A stretch of DNA of 64,000 nucleotides from Armatimonadota bacterium (GCA_039679675.1 JBDKUN010000033.1:32001-96000), one strand, 5' to 3'; positions 19,958 through 30,762 are shown, counted from the stretch's first letter. The notes: generated by a model from the letters alone, not told the origin. Numbers and translations: made by a program.

Positions 19958-20848
19958 ATGCGATTATTCAGAGGCATATTCCAGAAGGTAGACCAACTGC
20001 TTACAGGGCGGCGGCCTGTGGACGATGAGTTGTTTGATGAGCTTGAAGAGATCCTGGTGCAGTCCGATATAAGTATCTATACAGCTACACGGCTTGTTGA
20101 TGAGCTGAGGGATATGACCCGCCGGGAACGGCTGAAGGATACGGATGAGGTCCGTGCGAGATTGGAACAACAGTTGGTAAGTATCCTCGAGGTTGGAGGT
20201 AATTCCGGTCTTGTTGTTTCCCCGGAACCACCGACGGTTTACCTGATGGTCGGTGTTAATGGGGTGGGGAAGACAACGACAATATCGAAGTTGGCGTACC
20301 GTTTCAAGAAACAGGGGAAAAAGGTGCTGCTGGCCGCTGCTGATACGTTTCGCGCAGCAGCCATTGACCAGCTTGAGATATGGGCAGGCCGCGTTGGAGT
20401 GGACATAGTGAAGCACCAGCCGGGCGCAGACCCGTCTGCCGTGCTTTTTGACGCGGTGCAGGCTGGTGTGGCCCGGCACGTTGATTATATAATCGCCGAT
20501 ACCGCCGGGAGGCTTCATACCAAATCGAACCTGATGGACGAACTGAAGAAGATGTCAAGGGTAGTCGAACGTGCGCTGGGGCGTACGCCGGATGAGACGA
20601 TACTGGTTCTGGATGCCACTACCGGGCAAAATGCGATTAACCAGGCCAAGGAGTTCGTAGCCGCCGTCAAAGCCACAGGGATCGCTCTTGCGAAGCTGGA
20701 CGGCACATCGAGAGGCGGAATCGTGATTACTATTAAAGATGAACTCGGCATACCTATCAAGCTCATAGGGACTGGCGAGCACCTGGACGATCTCGATGAT
20801 TTTGATCCCAAAGAGTTCGTCAAAGCGCTTGTTGAAGGCCAGAGCTGA
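19958..20848 (+). CDS. ftsY: Signal recognition particle receptor
   Basis: [38 protein letters not shown]. Confidence 0.97.
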   Translation: MRLFRGIFQKVDQLLTGRRPVDDELFDELEEILVQSDISIYTATRLVDELRDMTRRERLKDTDEVRARLEQQLVSILEVGGNSGLVVSPEPPTVYLMVGVNGVGKTTTISKLAYRFKKQGKKVLLAAADTFRAAAIDQLEIWAGRVGVDIVKHQPGADPSAVLFDAVQAGVARHVDYIIADTAGRLHTKSNLMDELKKMSRVVERALGRTPDETILVLDATTGQNAINQAKEFVAAVKATGIALAKLDGTSRGGIVITIKDELGIPIKLIGTGEHLDDLDDFDPKEFVKALVEGQS

Positions 20849-21024
20849 TATTATTCAACATTTTATGTTAATCATTCTTCTCCACCATGGAAGAACTTGA
20901 TTGGCGGGCCAGTGATATGCGATGGACGCAACTCTGGGCCGCAGCAGAACCGTAAAAAACCATATCAAGCGGTTACTGCAGATGGTCTCACACCATGCGA
21001 GCCTGGAGGAGGTAGAACGAAAAT

Positions 21025-21414
21025 ATGTTGTGGTTAAGAGGAAAGAAGAGTAAGGGAGGTTTCACCCTGATCGAGATTATGATCGTTGTCTTGATCATTG
21101 GAATCCTCCTCGCCATCGCGATCCCGAACTTCCTTAGAGCAAGGGAATCGTCAAGAGCGAAGAGTTGCCAGGGTAACCTCAGGCAGATCGAGACTGCCAA
21201 AGAGCAGTGGGCAATGGATACAAAGGCTGCATCCGATGCAACACCAGATTTGTCGGGAGGCGCAGGCACTCCTCTGGTACCTAATTATATCAAGTCCGCG
21301 CCAGCTTGCCCGTCGAACGGCACTTACACTGTTGGCAATATGTCGACAAGACCGACTTGTAGCGTAGGTGCTACCCAAACAGCCGGTGCTTATGACGCTC
21401 ACATTCTGCCGTAA
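21025..21414 (+). CDS. Type IV pilin-like protein (prepilin N-terminal cleavage/methylation)
   Basis: KGG|FTLIEIMIV class III signal; Cys pair CPSNG...PTC; strong GGAGGAGG RBS. Confidence 0.9.
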   Translation: MLWLRGKKSKGGFTLIEIMIVVLIIGILLAIAIPNFLRARESSRAKSCQGNLRQIETAKEQWAMDTKAASDATPDLSGGAGTPLVPNYIKSAPACPSNGTYTVGNMSTRPTCSVGATQTAGAYDAHILP

Positions 21415-21431
21415 ATCAGTTTAGACAGTAG

Positions 21432-21480
21432 TAACCTTGGGTGGCAGGCATATCTGCTGCCCAGGGTTATTTCCATTTTT
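21432..21480 (+). terminator. Hairpin/terminator between the two pilin genes
   Basis: TAACCTTGGGTGGCAG-gcatat-CTGCTGCCCAGGGTTA followed by a T-rich tract. Confidence 0.6.
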
Positions 21481-21498
21481 ATTCCCCTAAATAATCAC

Positions 21499-21855
21499 AT
21501 GCATACCAAGAAGATTCCATATAAACAACACAGAAGTTTCGGCTTTACCCTGCTTGAGATGATGATTGTATTGCTGATTATCAGTACACTTCTTATGATC
21601 GCAATACCATCATACCTGACTGTAAGGGCAAACTCTCAAGAATGCCTGTGCTGCACACACCTGAGGCACCTGCAGGATGCGAAAGAGCGCTGGGCGATGG
21701 AAAATAAGAAGAAGAATACTGACACCCCGGCATTTGATGACCTCATCCCCGCTTATCTGAAGGAAATCCCGAAATGCCCATGCGGCGGAGAGTATAAGCT
21801 TGGAAGTGTGGGTGAGAATACTACCTGCACAATCCCGAACCACAAAATCTACTGA
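21499..21855 (+). CDS. Second type IV pilin-like protein
   Basis: FG|FTLLEMMIV; AKERWAME matches AKEQWAMD of the first pilin. Confidence 0.88.
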   Translation: MHTKKIPYKQHRSFGFTLLEMMIVLLIISTLLMIAIPSYLTVRANSQECLCCTHLRHLQDAKERWAMENKKKNTDTPAFDDLIPAYLKEIPKCPCGGEYKLGSVGENTTCTIPNHKIY

Positions 21856-22743
21856 TTATCGGACAGCTCTCGTGCGGAGAAGGTCCTCGTAGTATAGAAA
21901 TTCCTGCGCCCAACCTGCATAATTGCCAAACTTATTCCAAAATACTTGAACAATCTTATTATAAGCGGCAGGCGTGATCGTCTTGGTCTTAAGCTCAGGC
22001 ATGAAGTACCGTACAGCCACCTGCCTGATATGAGTATCGACAGGCACAGCTTCGTCTTTGTCCAATGCAAAAAGGCATATGCAATCGGCGATCTTTGCGC
22101 CGATTCCCCTGATGTTCATGAGCTCGGACTTGGCTTCACCATAACTTGCATCTCTCAGTGATTCAAGCCATCCGGGGGGGCGAGAAAGGATCTGTCTTGC
22201 GACATCTACGATATTAGCACCCCGCCAGCCGAGATTGCCGACTGCGGAGAGTTCATCGGGGTCTGCTTCGGCAAGAGACTCTACAGTTGGAAATGAATAA
22301 TGCTCGCGCCCGCCTATTGTCGTGATGTGCCTGCCGTATCTGCGGGAAAAGCGTTCGATTGCGCTCGATATCCTTGAGACTGAGTTAGCCGTAGAGCATA
22401 TATATGAGAGCGTTGTTTCGTAGGGGTCTTGTCTGACGATCCTGAGGCCTCTAAACCGGCATATGAGCTCACTCATATGCGTGTCAGAGGCTGAAAGATG
22501 CTTGTATATCGCGGGAACATCGTCATTCAGCCGGAAATAGTCCGTAATCAGCTCCAGGCCGGCGTCTGAGGGGTAAGTCTCCCAGAGAAACCCCGAATCA
22601 TCCTCCTTGATCCGTATCAATTTCCTGCGGACAGGGGCAGACCACCAGTTATCGTCGTCAAGCTGCCATCTGAACGCCTGTCCGCACGCCAGCGTGTAGG
22701 CAAGGTTCAAGTATTCTCTAGGATAATTCAGTAAATCGCTCAT
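21856..22743 (-). CDS. 8-oxoguanine DNA glycosylase/AP lyase (Ogg1 type, HhH-GPD)
   Basis: TLACGQAFRW, GLRIVRQDP, GIGAKIADC, PVDTH, AGWAQEFLY. Confidence 0.92.
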   Translation of the reverse strand: MSDLLNYPREYLNLAYTLACGQAFRWQLDDDNWWSAPVRRKLIRIKEDDSGFLWETYPSDAGLELITDYFRLNDDVPAIYKHLSASDTHMSELICRFRGLRIVRQDPYETTLSYICSTANSVSRISSAIERFSRRYGRHITTIGGREHYSFPTVESLAEADPDELSAVGNLGWRGANIVDVARQILSRPPGWLESLRDASYGEAKSELMNIRGIGAKIADCICLFALDKDEAVPVDTHIRQVAVRYFMPELKTKTITPAAYNKIVQVFWNKFGNYAGWAQEFLYYEDLLRTRAVR

Positions 22744-22753
22744 TTTGCGGGTC

Positions 22754-22792
22754 AAAAACAAGAAGGGGCATCCCTCAAACAGGAGCCCCCTC
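22754..22792 (-). terminator. Probable terminator after rho-DUF151
   Basis: Minus strand gagggggctcc-tgtttga-gggatgccccttc-ttgttttt. Confidence 0.5.
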
Positions 22793-22822
22793 GTGAATAT
22801 TCCAATCTATTCCGCGGAGATA

Positions 22823-23353
22823 CTATTCCTCATACATAGCTGCTTGCTCAATTACGGCTTCGGCCATGAAAATTGGGGCTTTTGCCCTGAGTCCCAAAGC
22901 TATAGCATCACTTGGTCTGGAATCTATCTCCATGGTGTTGCCATTCATCGAGATGTGGACTTTGGCGTAATAGGTCTCATTCCAGAGATCGTCTATCACG
23001 ATCCGCTCGATGGTGCCACCAAGTCTGGAAATGATGTTCTTCATCAGGTCATGGGTCATAGGGCGGTCTGCGGAAGCCCCCTCAAGTGCCACCGATATGG
23101 AAAACGCTTCCGGCCTGCCGATCCATATGATCACTGACCTGCCTCTGGCATCTCGAAGCAGTACGAAAGCAAGCGGCTGCGCAGTAGTGGCATCCTGATG
23201 TTCATAGACGCCGACTACAGTTACTTCCTTTTCTTCCAGGTCACGCTCTTCGGATAGTTCATCTTCCGGCAGTTCGCCGAAATCCGGAATGCCGTCCGGC
23301 GGAACCCCCTCATCAGGATTTTCGTTTTCCTCGAAGTCTGGATCCTGTTCCAC
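22823..23353 (-). CDS. Bifunctional nuclease family protein (DUF151) with acidic N-terminal tail
   Basis: IWIG.PEA, RPMTHDL, DSRPSDAIAL. Confidence 0.9.
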   Translation of the reverse strand: MEQDPDFEENENPDEGVPPDGIPDFGELPEDELSEERDLEEKEVTVVGVYEHQDATTAQPLAFVLLRDARGRSVIIWIGRPEAFSISVALEGASADRPMTHDLMKNIISRLGGTIERIVIDDLWNETYYAKVHISMNGNTMEIDSRPSDAIALGLRAKAPIFMAEAVIEQAAMYEE

Positions 23354-23411
23354 GATACCGTATCCCTTCGTTATTAGCTATCAAGACCAATTTACCCTGC
23401 CGCCGCTGGGC

Positions 23412-24683
23412 CTAATCCATATCTGTAGATTTGAGTGTTTTATCTACAATCTTGAGGAAGTCTCTATTAGTCTTGGTATGGCGTAACCGGTCGATCAGAA
23501 GCTCTGTGGCCTCGACTGATCCGAGAGCTGCAAGCAGCCTGTGCAGTTGCCATACTCTCTTGAGCGTATCCTCATCGTATAAAAGCTCATCATGGCGGGT
23601 TCCTGACCGTTTAACGTCTACGGCGGGGAACAGCCTCCGTTCTGCGATATTTCTGTCGAGAACAAGCTCCATATTACCCGTAGCTTTGAATTCTTCAAAA
23701 ATCGCATCATCCATCCGGCTGCCTGTCTCAACAAGCGCTGTTCCTATTACGGTCAAACTGCCGCCTTCTTCTATATTACGGGCAGCTCCAATAAAACGTT
23801 TCGGGCGGTAGAGCGCTGAAGGGTCGAGTCCTCCTGAGAGTGTTCGTCCGCTTGGTGTTACCGTAAGGTTGGAAGCCCTAGATAGCCTTGTTATACTGTC
23901 GAGCAGAACCACTACGTCTCTGCCGGATTCCACGAGCCTTTTTGCTTTTTCAAGCACGATGTCCGCGACCCGCATGTGGTTTTCGGGAAGCTCGTCAAAG
24001 GTGGAGCTTACTACTTCTCCGTTTACAGACCGGCGAATATCCGTTACTTCTTCAGGTCTTTCATCAATGAGGAGAACAATCAGGTAGACATCGGGGTGGT
24101 TTTTGGTTACGCTGTTTGCTATGGTTTTCAGAAGGGTTGTTTTTCCTGCCTTAGGCGGTGCGACAATCAGTCCTCGCTGCCCTTTTCCGATCGGCGCTAT
24201 CAGATCGATAAACCTCGCCGAAATGTTCTCTGGTGTCGTCTCCAGGACAAGCCTTTCGTTGGGGTAGATCGGGGTGAGGTCGTCGAAGTGCTTTCTGCTT
24301 CTGGCCGCATCAGGATCAGCCCCATTTACGGCTTTTACCCTCAGAAGGCTATAGTATTTCTCACTGTCCTTAGGCGGGCGCACCTCTCCTGTGATCGTGT
24401 CGCCTGTTTTCAACGCGAATCTCTTTATCTGGGATTGAGAGACATACACATCCGTAGGGGAGGGTGAAAAATTATTGTGCCGGAGGAATCCCCATCCGTC
24501 CGGAAGTATTTCAAGCACGCCTTGATCGAATATCAGGCCGCTCTGCTCGGTCACGGTAGCGAGGATTTTGAACACAAGGTCCTGTTTTTTCTGAAACCCG
24601 TCCTCTATCCCGAGTCCTTTTGCGATTTCCTGGAGTTCCTCGAATGTTTTTCTCTCCAAATCTGCTAGTTCAAGCTGGTCCAC
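23412..24683 (-). CDS. rho: Transcription termination factor Rho
   Basis: GWGFLR, GKGQR, APPKAGKT, DERPEEVT, LDSITRL, GNMEL. Confidence 0.98.
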   Translation of the reverse strand: MDQLELADLERKTFEELQEIAKGLGIEDGFQKKQDLVFKILATVTEQSGLIFDQGVLEILPDGWGFLRHNNFSPSPTDVYVSQSQIKRFALKTGDTITGEVRPPKDSEKYYSLLRVKAVNGADPDAARSRKHFDDLTPIYPNERLVLETTPENISARFIDLIAPIGKGQRGLIVAPPKAGKTTLLKTIANSVTKNHPDVYLIVLLIDERPEEVTDIRRSVNGEVVSSTFDELPENHMRVADIVLEKAKRLVESGRDVVVLLDSITRLSRASNLTVTPSGRTLSGGLDPSALYRPKRFIGAARNIEEGGSLTVIGTALVETGSRMDDAIFEEFKATGNMELVLDRNIAERRLFPAVDVKRSGTRHDELLYDEDTLKRVWQLHRLLAALGSVEATELLIDRLRHTKTNRDFLKIVDKTLKSTDMD

Positions 24684-24903
24684 GTTTACTCACCTCGTCG
24701 TTGGCATAACCTGCCATAGGGCAATAAAGAATAGTTGCAACAGGCACTCTCAGCTGGGCAATAAACTTGCATCATGGAAGAGTTTGCACGACACTTACGT
24801 GAGCGCCTGTGCTGGTTGAAGTTTAGTGTTTAGAATGATGGCTAAAGAAGCTATGGCCGCCACTTTTTCGGCCGGTTGAGGTCTTCTTATGGCTCCATCG
24901 GGT

Positions 24904-24932
24904 ATTATACAATAGATGCCGCAAAATGTCTA
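24904..24932 (-). promoter_or_regulatory. Sigma70-type promoter for rho
   Basis: Minus strand TAGACA-17 bp-TATAAT. Confidence 0.6.
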
Positions 24933-24977
24933 GTGCGGCATCTCTATATTTACGCTTTAAATCATGTCGGTATGAGT

Positions 24978-25547
24978 CTATCCGCCGCCGTAAACTTCCG
25001 GTTTCAAGACTCCGATAAACGGCAGGCTTCTATATCTGCCGTCATAATCCAGTCCATAGCCGACTACATATCTATCTTCCACTATGAACCCGTAATAATC
25101 AATACCTACGTCGACGGCCCTTCTGCTCGGCTTGTCGAGCAACGTGCAGACCTTCACACTTGCCGCTTTTCTCGACCGAAGGTTCTCCACTATATAACTG
25201 AGCCGCAGTGTCCAACCCGTATCGACAATATCTTCGACTACAAGCACATGCTTGCTTTCAATGCTGGAATCAAGGTCTTTTAAGAGCCTTACTACACCGG
25301 ATGATCTCGTATCAGCCCCGTAGCTTGAGATAGCTACGAAGTCATAGTCTACAGGAATAGTTATATACCTCACGAGGTCAGCCAGAAATATTGCGGCTCC
25401 CTTTAATATACCCACTAAAACGAGTTCTTTACCCTCGTAATCTTTCGATATTTGTTCGCCCAGAGCTTTGACTCTCTCCTTGATAACATCCTCTGAGATC
25501 AATATCTGTGCGAGGTCACCGACCAATGGATTTTTGCTTTGTCCCAT
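24978..25547 (-). CDS. hpt: Hypoxanthine phosphoribosyltransferase
   Basis: GILKGA, ISSYG, VLVVEDIVDTG, YVVGYGLDY. Confidence 0.96.
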   Translation of the reverse strand: MGQSKNPLVGDLAQILISEDVIKERVKALGEQISKDYEGKELVLVGILKGAAIFLADLVRYITIPVDYDFVAISSYGADTRSSGVVRLLKDLDSSIESKHVLVVEDIVDTGWTLRLSYIVENLRSRKAASVKVCTLLDKPSRRAVDVGIDYYGFIVEDRYVVGYGLDYDGRYRSLPFIGVLKPEVYGGG

Positions 25548-25557
25548 TGTGACTAAA

Positions 25558-27123
25558 TCACTCCCACTCTATAGTCGCTGGCGGCTTGGAACTGACATCA
25601 TAAACAAGCCTGTTGACGCCCTGGACTTCATTTATTACACGGTTGCTGATCCTTTCCAGGACCTCCCAGGGGAGTCTCGCCCAATCCGCCGTCATTGCAT
25701 CTTCACTTGTTACCGCTCTAAGCACGATCGGATAAGCATAAGTCCTCTGGTCTCCCATAACACCTACGCTTCTGATCGGAGCCAGAATAGCAAACGCCTG
25801 CCAGCATGTTTTATAAAGGCCTGCGCGCTTGATCTCTTCCGCAACAATAGCATCGGCATCTCTTAAAGTTTCCAGCCGATCCTTTGTGACTTCACCTATA
25901 ATTCGTATGGCAAGTCCGGGGCCGGGGAACGGCTGCCTCCAGACTATGTCAGTCGGCAATTCCAGTTCCTCTGCAACGCGCCTTACCTCATCTTTGAAAA
26001 GGAACCTGAGAGGTTCGACCAGCTTCAGGTTCATGTTCTCAGGGAGTCCGCCCACGTTGTGGTGTGTCTTGATCTTCGCTGCCTGCCTGGTCCCGCTTTC
26101 GATTACGTCAGGATAGAGCGTGCCTTGCGCAAGATAATCTACTTTTGCGAGCTTTTTCGCTTCTTCCTCAAAAACCCTGATGAACTCTTCTCCGATGATC
26201 TTTCTTTTCTGCTCAGGGTCAGTGACGCCTGCAAGACGCGTGAGGAACCTTTCTTCGGCGTCTATGTAGATCAGCTTTATCTTGAAGTTTTCCGCGAATG
26301 TCTCTCTGACATTTTCGGCTTCACCCTTACGCAGCAGGCCATGGTTTACGAATATGCATGTAAGCTGGTCGCCGATGGCTTTATGGACCAGCGCTGCTAC
26401 GGTGGCTGAATCGATTCCGCCTGAAAGAGCGCAAAGGACTGACTTATCGCCTACCTGCCTCTTTATCTGATCGCAGGAGAGCTTGACGAAGGACTCCATC
26501 GTCCAGAGCCCCTGGCATCCGCAGCAATTGTAAAGGAAGTTGCGAATAATCTCCACGCCCCATGGGGTGTGGACTACTTCGGGGTGGAACTGGACTCCAT
26601 AGAGTCTCTTTTCGTGGTTAGCCATGGCTGCAACCGGCGAGTTCGCCGTGCGTGCAGTCACTTTGAAGCCAGGAGGAGGGCTCTGAACTGCATCACCGTG
26701 GCTCATCCAGCAGATGAGCTTCGGGTTGAGTCCGGCGAACAGATCAGCATTGTCTACGACATCAAGCTCGGTCTTGCCGTATTCTCTTCTGTCACCTGGA
26801 ACGACGCCGCCGCCGAGTTGATACGACATCAACTGCATCCCGTAGCAGATGCCGAGAATCGGGATTCTCAGGTCATACAGCCTTGGGTCGCAAGTCGGAG
26901 CGGCATCTTCATAGACGCTCGAAGGACCGCCTGAAAATATGATGCCTGACGGCTGCCTTCTGATTATCTCATCGACCGGAGTGTCATACGGCATAATCTC
27001 GCAGTAGACTTTGCATTCACGCACGCGCCGCGCGATCAACTGGCTGTACTGCGCGCCGAAGTCCAGCACGATCACGAGCTGTTTCGTAGCTTGCTTTGTG
27101 GAAATATTAACTTTCGGCGTCAT
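25558..27123 (-). CDS. guaA: GMP synthase (glutamine-hydrolysing)
   Basis: [44 protein letters not shown]. Confidence 0.98.
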   Translation of the reverse strand: MTPKVNISTKQATKQLVIVLDFGAQYSQLIARRVRECKVYCEIMPYDTPVDEIIRRQPSGIIFSGGPSSVYEDAAPTCDPRLYDLRIPILGICYGMQLMSYQLGGGVVPGDRREYGKTELDVVDNADLFAGLNPKLICWMSHGDAVQSPPPGFKVTARTANSPVAAMANHEKRLYGVQFHPEVVHTPWGVEIIRNFLYNCCGCQGLWTMESFVKLSCDQIKRQVGDKSVLCALSGGIDSATVAALVHKAIGDQLTCIFVNHGLLRKGEAENVRETFAENFKIKLIYIDAEERFLTRLAGVTDPEQKRKIIGEEFIRVFEEEAKKLAKVDYLAQGTLYPDVIESGTRQAAKIKTHHNVGGLPENMNLKLVEPLRFLFKDEVRRVAEELELPTDIVWRQPFPGPGLAIRIIGEVTKDRLETLRDADAIVAEEIKRAGLYKTCWQAFAILAPIRSVGVMGDQRTYAYPIVLRAVTSEDAMTADWARLPWEVLERISNRVINEVQGVNRLVYDVSSKPPATIEWE

Positions 27124-28280
27124 CGCCACTGTCCTACACCCTGGGCACGCTGAGCTGTTTTGCCTTCACTTGGAAGCGATGGCGCGATAACAAGCTCCGC
27201 CTGCTGCATTTCTTTGATATTATGAGCGCCGCAGTAGCTCATTGCAAACTGCAGAGCGCCTACAAGGTTCATAGTGCCGTTGTCGGTCTTTGCCGGACCG
27301 TAAAGAAGCTCTTCAAGCGTTCCGTTGATCCCGACATGAACGCGAGTGCCTCTCGGAAGCCCTGGGCTTGAAGTCGCCATGCCCCAGTGATAGCCTTTGC
27401 CGGGAGCTTCAGCAGTCGTCGAGACTGGAGAACCGATCATAACAGCGTCAGCGCCAGCGACTATAGCCTTCACAATGTCGCCGCCGCATCTCATGCCGCC
27501 GTCTGCGATAACAGGGACGTATCTGCCCGTTTTGGCTTCATAATCGTCTCTTGCTGCGGCTGCATCGGCGGTTGCCGTGATTTGCGGGACTCCGATAGCA
27601 CAGACTTTTCGGGTTGTGCAGGCCGCGCCCGGCCCTACGCCTGAAAGAACAGCGGCAGCGCCAGCTTCCATGTAGCTAAGTGCGCTTTCGTAGGACGAAC
27701 AGTTGCCGATAATAACCGGAATATTCGACTCTTTGCAGAAATCGGCCAAGTCCATTCCGGCGTCCTTGGAAGAAACGAACTTTGTGCTTGTGACTGAGGA
27801 TTGGATAACGGCGACATCAGCACCTGCATCAAAAATGGTCTTCGCGAGTCTCTTCATCCCCATAGGGGTTGCTGCGACTGCTGCAAGCTGCCCTGCGGCT
27901 TTAATCTCTTTGATTCTTTTTGCTACAAGTTCGGGTTTGATTGGTTCCTGGTAAATCTTTTGAATGGTGGGGATGACTGATTCGGCGGGAGCTTCGATGA
28001 TTTGCTTAATGGCGGCATCAGCGTCTTCATAACGCGCCTGGACGCCTTCAATGTTCACAACAGCAAGTCCGCCGAGCTTTCCCATCGCAATGGCGAGCCT
28101 GGGATCGGCAGTGCCGTCCATAGCCGATGCAAGGATCGGGATTCGAAACGCATGATTGCCCAAATGCCAGCCTGTATCGACATCTGCGACATCAATGCTG
28201 ACCGCCGCGGGCACAACGGCCACCTCGTCAAAACCATAGGCTCGCCTGGCCTTTTTCCTGCCCCCGACAACTACTTCCAA
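27120..28280 (-). CDS. guaB: IMP dehydrogenase, GuaB3 type without CBS domains
   Basis: [37 protein letters not shown] start with AGGAGG RBS. Confidence 0.9.
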   Translation of the reverse strand: MEVVVGGRKKARRAYGFDEVAVVPAAVSIDVADVDTGWHLGNHAFRIPILASAMDGTADPRLAIAMGKLGGLAVVNIEGVQARYEDADAAIKQIIEAPAESVIPTIQKIYQEPIKPELVAKRIKEIKAAGQLAAVAATPMGMKRLAKTIFDAGADVAVIQSSVTSTKFVSSKDAGMDLADFCKESNIPVIIGNCSSYESALSYMEAGAAAVLSGVGPGAACTTRKVCAIGVPQITATADAAAARDDYEAKTGRYVPVIADGGMRCGGDIVKAIVAGADAVMIGSPVSTTAEAPGKGYHWGMATSSPGLPRGTRVHVGINGTLEELLYGPAKTDNGTMNLVGALQFAMSYCGAHNIKEMQQAELVIAPSLPSEGKTAQRAQGVGQWR

Positions 28281-28309
28281 AATGCACTTTCCTCCTGGCT
28301 TTTCGGAAT

Positions 28310-28338
28310 ATGATAGCAAAGGAAGAGCTGGAAGTCAA
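28310..28338 (-). promoter_or_regulatory. Sigma70-type promoter for guaB-guaA-hpt
   Basis: Minus strand TTGACT-17 bp-TATCAT with extended TG. Confidence 0.7.
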
Positions 28339-28427
28339 TCGGATTCGGGTTCAACCGGTGATATTTCGCGAATTATGTTGTTTTTAGGCCGTAATCTGTT
28401 GATAATCCATCCTGAATAGAAGATGGA

Positions 28428-29435
28428 CTAATACATAAGCGACACATCGAAGCGGGGAGTACGGCCTCTGCGGATCTTCTTTATCCATTTATCCAGTTGG
28501 CTTTGACCATTATTCCAAAACTCTTTGCATAGTGCCAGATACTCAAGAACGACTTCCTTCTCGCCAAGCTCCAGCAATTCCTTTGCGAGCATCATACCAG
28601 GATCGAATTTAAAGAATCCTTGTGAATCAGGTATGTGACCAGAGTTCAACAGATATTCCTTGGCTTTTGGTAAATCATCTTTGATAAGCGCAACTCGGCC
28701 AAGTGTCAAATTCCCTGCGTGAAAAGCCTCCTGGAAATTAAAGTAATCTTTGTGCTTTACAAGTTTCTGAAGCAATTTGTCAGCATATATTGCTGCTTTA
28801 TCGGTGTCTTCGGCACTAAACGCCGATTTAGCAAGATTCTCCAGTATAGATATTTGACCAAAATCATGATCTTGAGAAGATAGTCTATATGCTTTTTCGA
28901 ATTCCTCTAAAGCAACCGCTGCGTTAGTCCGGATTCTCTCAGTAGTATTATGAATAGGTAATGTATCCAGCATGTATACATGGCCTAGTTTATCAGGCCA
29001 TGTAGGGTTATCGGGCTCGATTATTTGTGCCTTTTTGAGGAGTTCGATTGCAATCTCTCGCTCATGGATTGTGAAGAAGTTTGCTGCATTGCCGAGTATT
29101 TTTGTGTTCTCTGGCTTTGCACTGACATGATTCAGCCAAAGGGTTTTTGCTATAGGGTAAGTATCTTTATCTATTATAGGGTTGAGAATAAATGGAGGCA
29201 TCCCAGCAATGCAATCTTCGGGACAATTTTCAATGACCCAAAGCACATGCTGCCCTCTTTTTTGGCGAGCAGCAATTCCTCTTCCTGCGAAGCAATATCC
29301 AATCAACATTGCACGTGAGTTTATATCTTCCGGATTGACCTTGAGTTTTTTCTCTAATTCATCAGCTTTATCCGGTGAGAGGTCTACTCCTTCGAAGAAT
29401 ATTGAATGAGTAAGATATTCGTCGCTCTCGTCCAT
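28428..29435 (-). CDS. Tetratricopeptide-repeat-like hypothetical protein
   Basis: 335-aa helical ORF with TPR-like patterns (AIELLKKAQIIEPDN, LGRVAL...AKEYL). Confidence 0.7.
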   Translation of the reverse strand: MDESDEYLTHSIFFEGVDLSPDKADELEKKLKVNPEDINSRAMLIGYCFAGRGIAARQKRGQHVLWVIENCPEDCIAGMPPFILNPIIDKDTYPIAKTLWLNHVSAKPENTKILGNAANFFTIHEREIAIELLKKAQIIEPDNPTWPDKLGHVYMLDTLPIHNTTERIRTNAAVALEEFEKAYRLSSQDHDFGQISILENLAKSAFSAEDTDKAAIYADKLLQKLVKHKDYFNFQEAFHAGNLTLGRVALIKDDLPKAKEYLLNSGHIPDSQGFFKFDPGMMLAKELLELGEKEVVLEYLALCKEFWNNGQSQLDKWIKKIRRGRTPRFDVSLMY

Positions 29436-29440
29436 GCTTG

Positions 29441-30052
29441 CTACTCCCAGAGGTTTAACTGTTCCTTTTCGACGCTTTTAGTCTGTTGATCGGATGGTTT
29501 CGCCGGTCTTGACGGCTTATCCTTGCCGAACTGGCGAGGACTCTTGGATGGAGTGCTCTTCTTTGCGGCTGACGAGCCACGCGAGGATGGCTTTGCAGGT
29601 TTCGCCTTTTCCTTCTTTGCAGCTCGTGCCGGGCCTTCGGGATGGTAGTCGGCTCTCCGTCGAGCGGCATCGCTTGCCAGCCTATCGGCATGGGCGTTCT
29701 CTCTGCGCGGTACATGGGCAATCCGAGCATCGGGAAAATGCGAAAACAGCTCTTTTACTTCGTAATACATGACCGCAAGGTGTTCGGCCCTTACTTTGTA
29801 AACCCCGCCGACCTGTTTCGCGAGGAGTTCGCTGTCTGTAGTAACTCGAATTTGCTTCACACCGAGCTTCAGAGCTTCCTTGAGTCCCCTGATCAGTGCG
29901 GAATATTCGGCGACATTGTTGGTTGTCTCTCCGATGTATTCGCCGATCTCTTTTATCACTTCTCCGGCTTCGTTATAAATAACGACTCCGATGCCTGCTG
30001 CGCCGGGGTTGCCCTTCGAAGCGCCGTCTATGGCAAGTCTAACACTCGTCAT
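29441..30052 (-). CDS. rnhA: Ribonuclease HI family protein with long basic C-terminal tail
   Basis: DGASKGNPG, TNNVAEY, TDSELL, NAHADRLA: the four acidic catalytic residues are present. Confidence 0.88.
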   Translation of the reverse strand: MTSVRLAIDGASKGNPGAAGIGVVIYNEAGEVIKEIGEYIGETTNNVAEYSALIRGLKEALKLGVKQIRVTTDSELLAKQVGGVYKVRAEHLAVMYYEVKELFSHFPDARIAHVPRRENAHADRLASDAARRRADYHPEGPARAAKKEKAKPAKPSSRGSSAAKKSTPSKSPRQFGKDKPSRPAKPSDQQTKSVEKEQLNLWE

Positions 30053-30762
30053 TATTCATCCAGAAACAGTATCCTGCCGCAGCTTTCGCAAACCTGATAC
30101 TGTTCACCTTCCTTTAGGAGTCTTTGAGCGTAAGGAGTCAATCCGACATGGCATCCGCCGCACTGGTTGTTTTCTACTTTGGCAAGTCCGGTGTCCTTGT
30201 GCCGTGATTTGATGGACTCGTAGCGCTGAAGGATGGCGCGGTCCGTGACTGCCGATGTGCGCTTTTGCCGCTCCGCATTCAACTGTTCGATAAGCGCGCT
30301 CAATTCTTTGTGTTTTGCCTGATACTTGCTCACGATATTGGCCACATGCTGCCTGAACTGTTTCAATACGTCTTCCAGCTTGTTTGCATCAGCGCGTCTG
30401 GTCTCGATGGCCTCGTAGAGCTCAAGTATGTGCTCATCGAGCTTTTCCCTGGACTTTCCGAGCATTGCGATCTCTTTTTCCATGCTCGAAAGCTCTTTGG
30501 GATTGGCGACCTGGCCCGTGTAGAGCTTCTTCTCGCAGTTCTGTTTCTTGGTTTCGACGGTTTTTAGGTTGAGTTCGCTGTCCTTAAGATCGGATTCGAG
30601 CTTTTTGATGTCTCCTAATGAAGACTGGAGTTTCTTTTCCGCATCGGATAGCTGTTTTTGAAGCGCTGCACCGTTATCGAGTGCCGCGAGGGCTTTATTG
30701 GCCGCGGCGATCTGCAGGTCTACTTGCTGAAGTTCATATAGAGCCCTAAGTTGTGATTTCAT
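30052..30762 (-). CDS. Coiled-coil protein with C4-type zinc ribbon (DUF164 family)
   Basis: LYELQQVD start, long coiled coil, CGGC...CESCGRIL. Confidence 0.9.
   Translation of the reverse strand: MKSQLRALYELQQVDLQIAAANKALAALDNGAALQKQLSDAEKKLQSSLGDIKKLESDLKDSELNLKTVETKKQNCEKKLYTGQVANPKELSSMEKEIAMLGKSREKLDEHILELYEAIETRRADANKLEDVLKQFRQHVANIVSKYQAKHKELSALIEQLNAERQKRTSAVTDRAILQRYESIKSRHKDTGLAKVENNQCGGCHVGLTPYAQRLLKEGEQYQVCESCGRILFLDE

Noticed and set aside
28281..28427. Purine riboswitch upstream of guaB
   Set aside because: The promoter is only ~30 bp from the start codon, leaving no room, and no consensus is visible.
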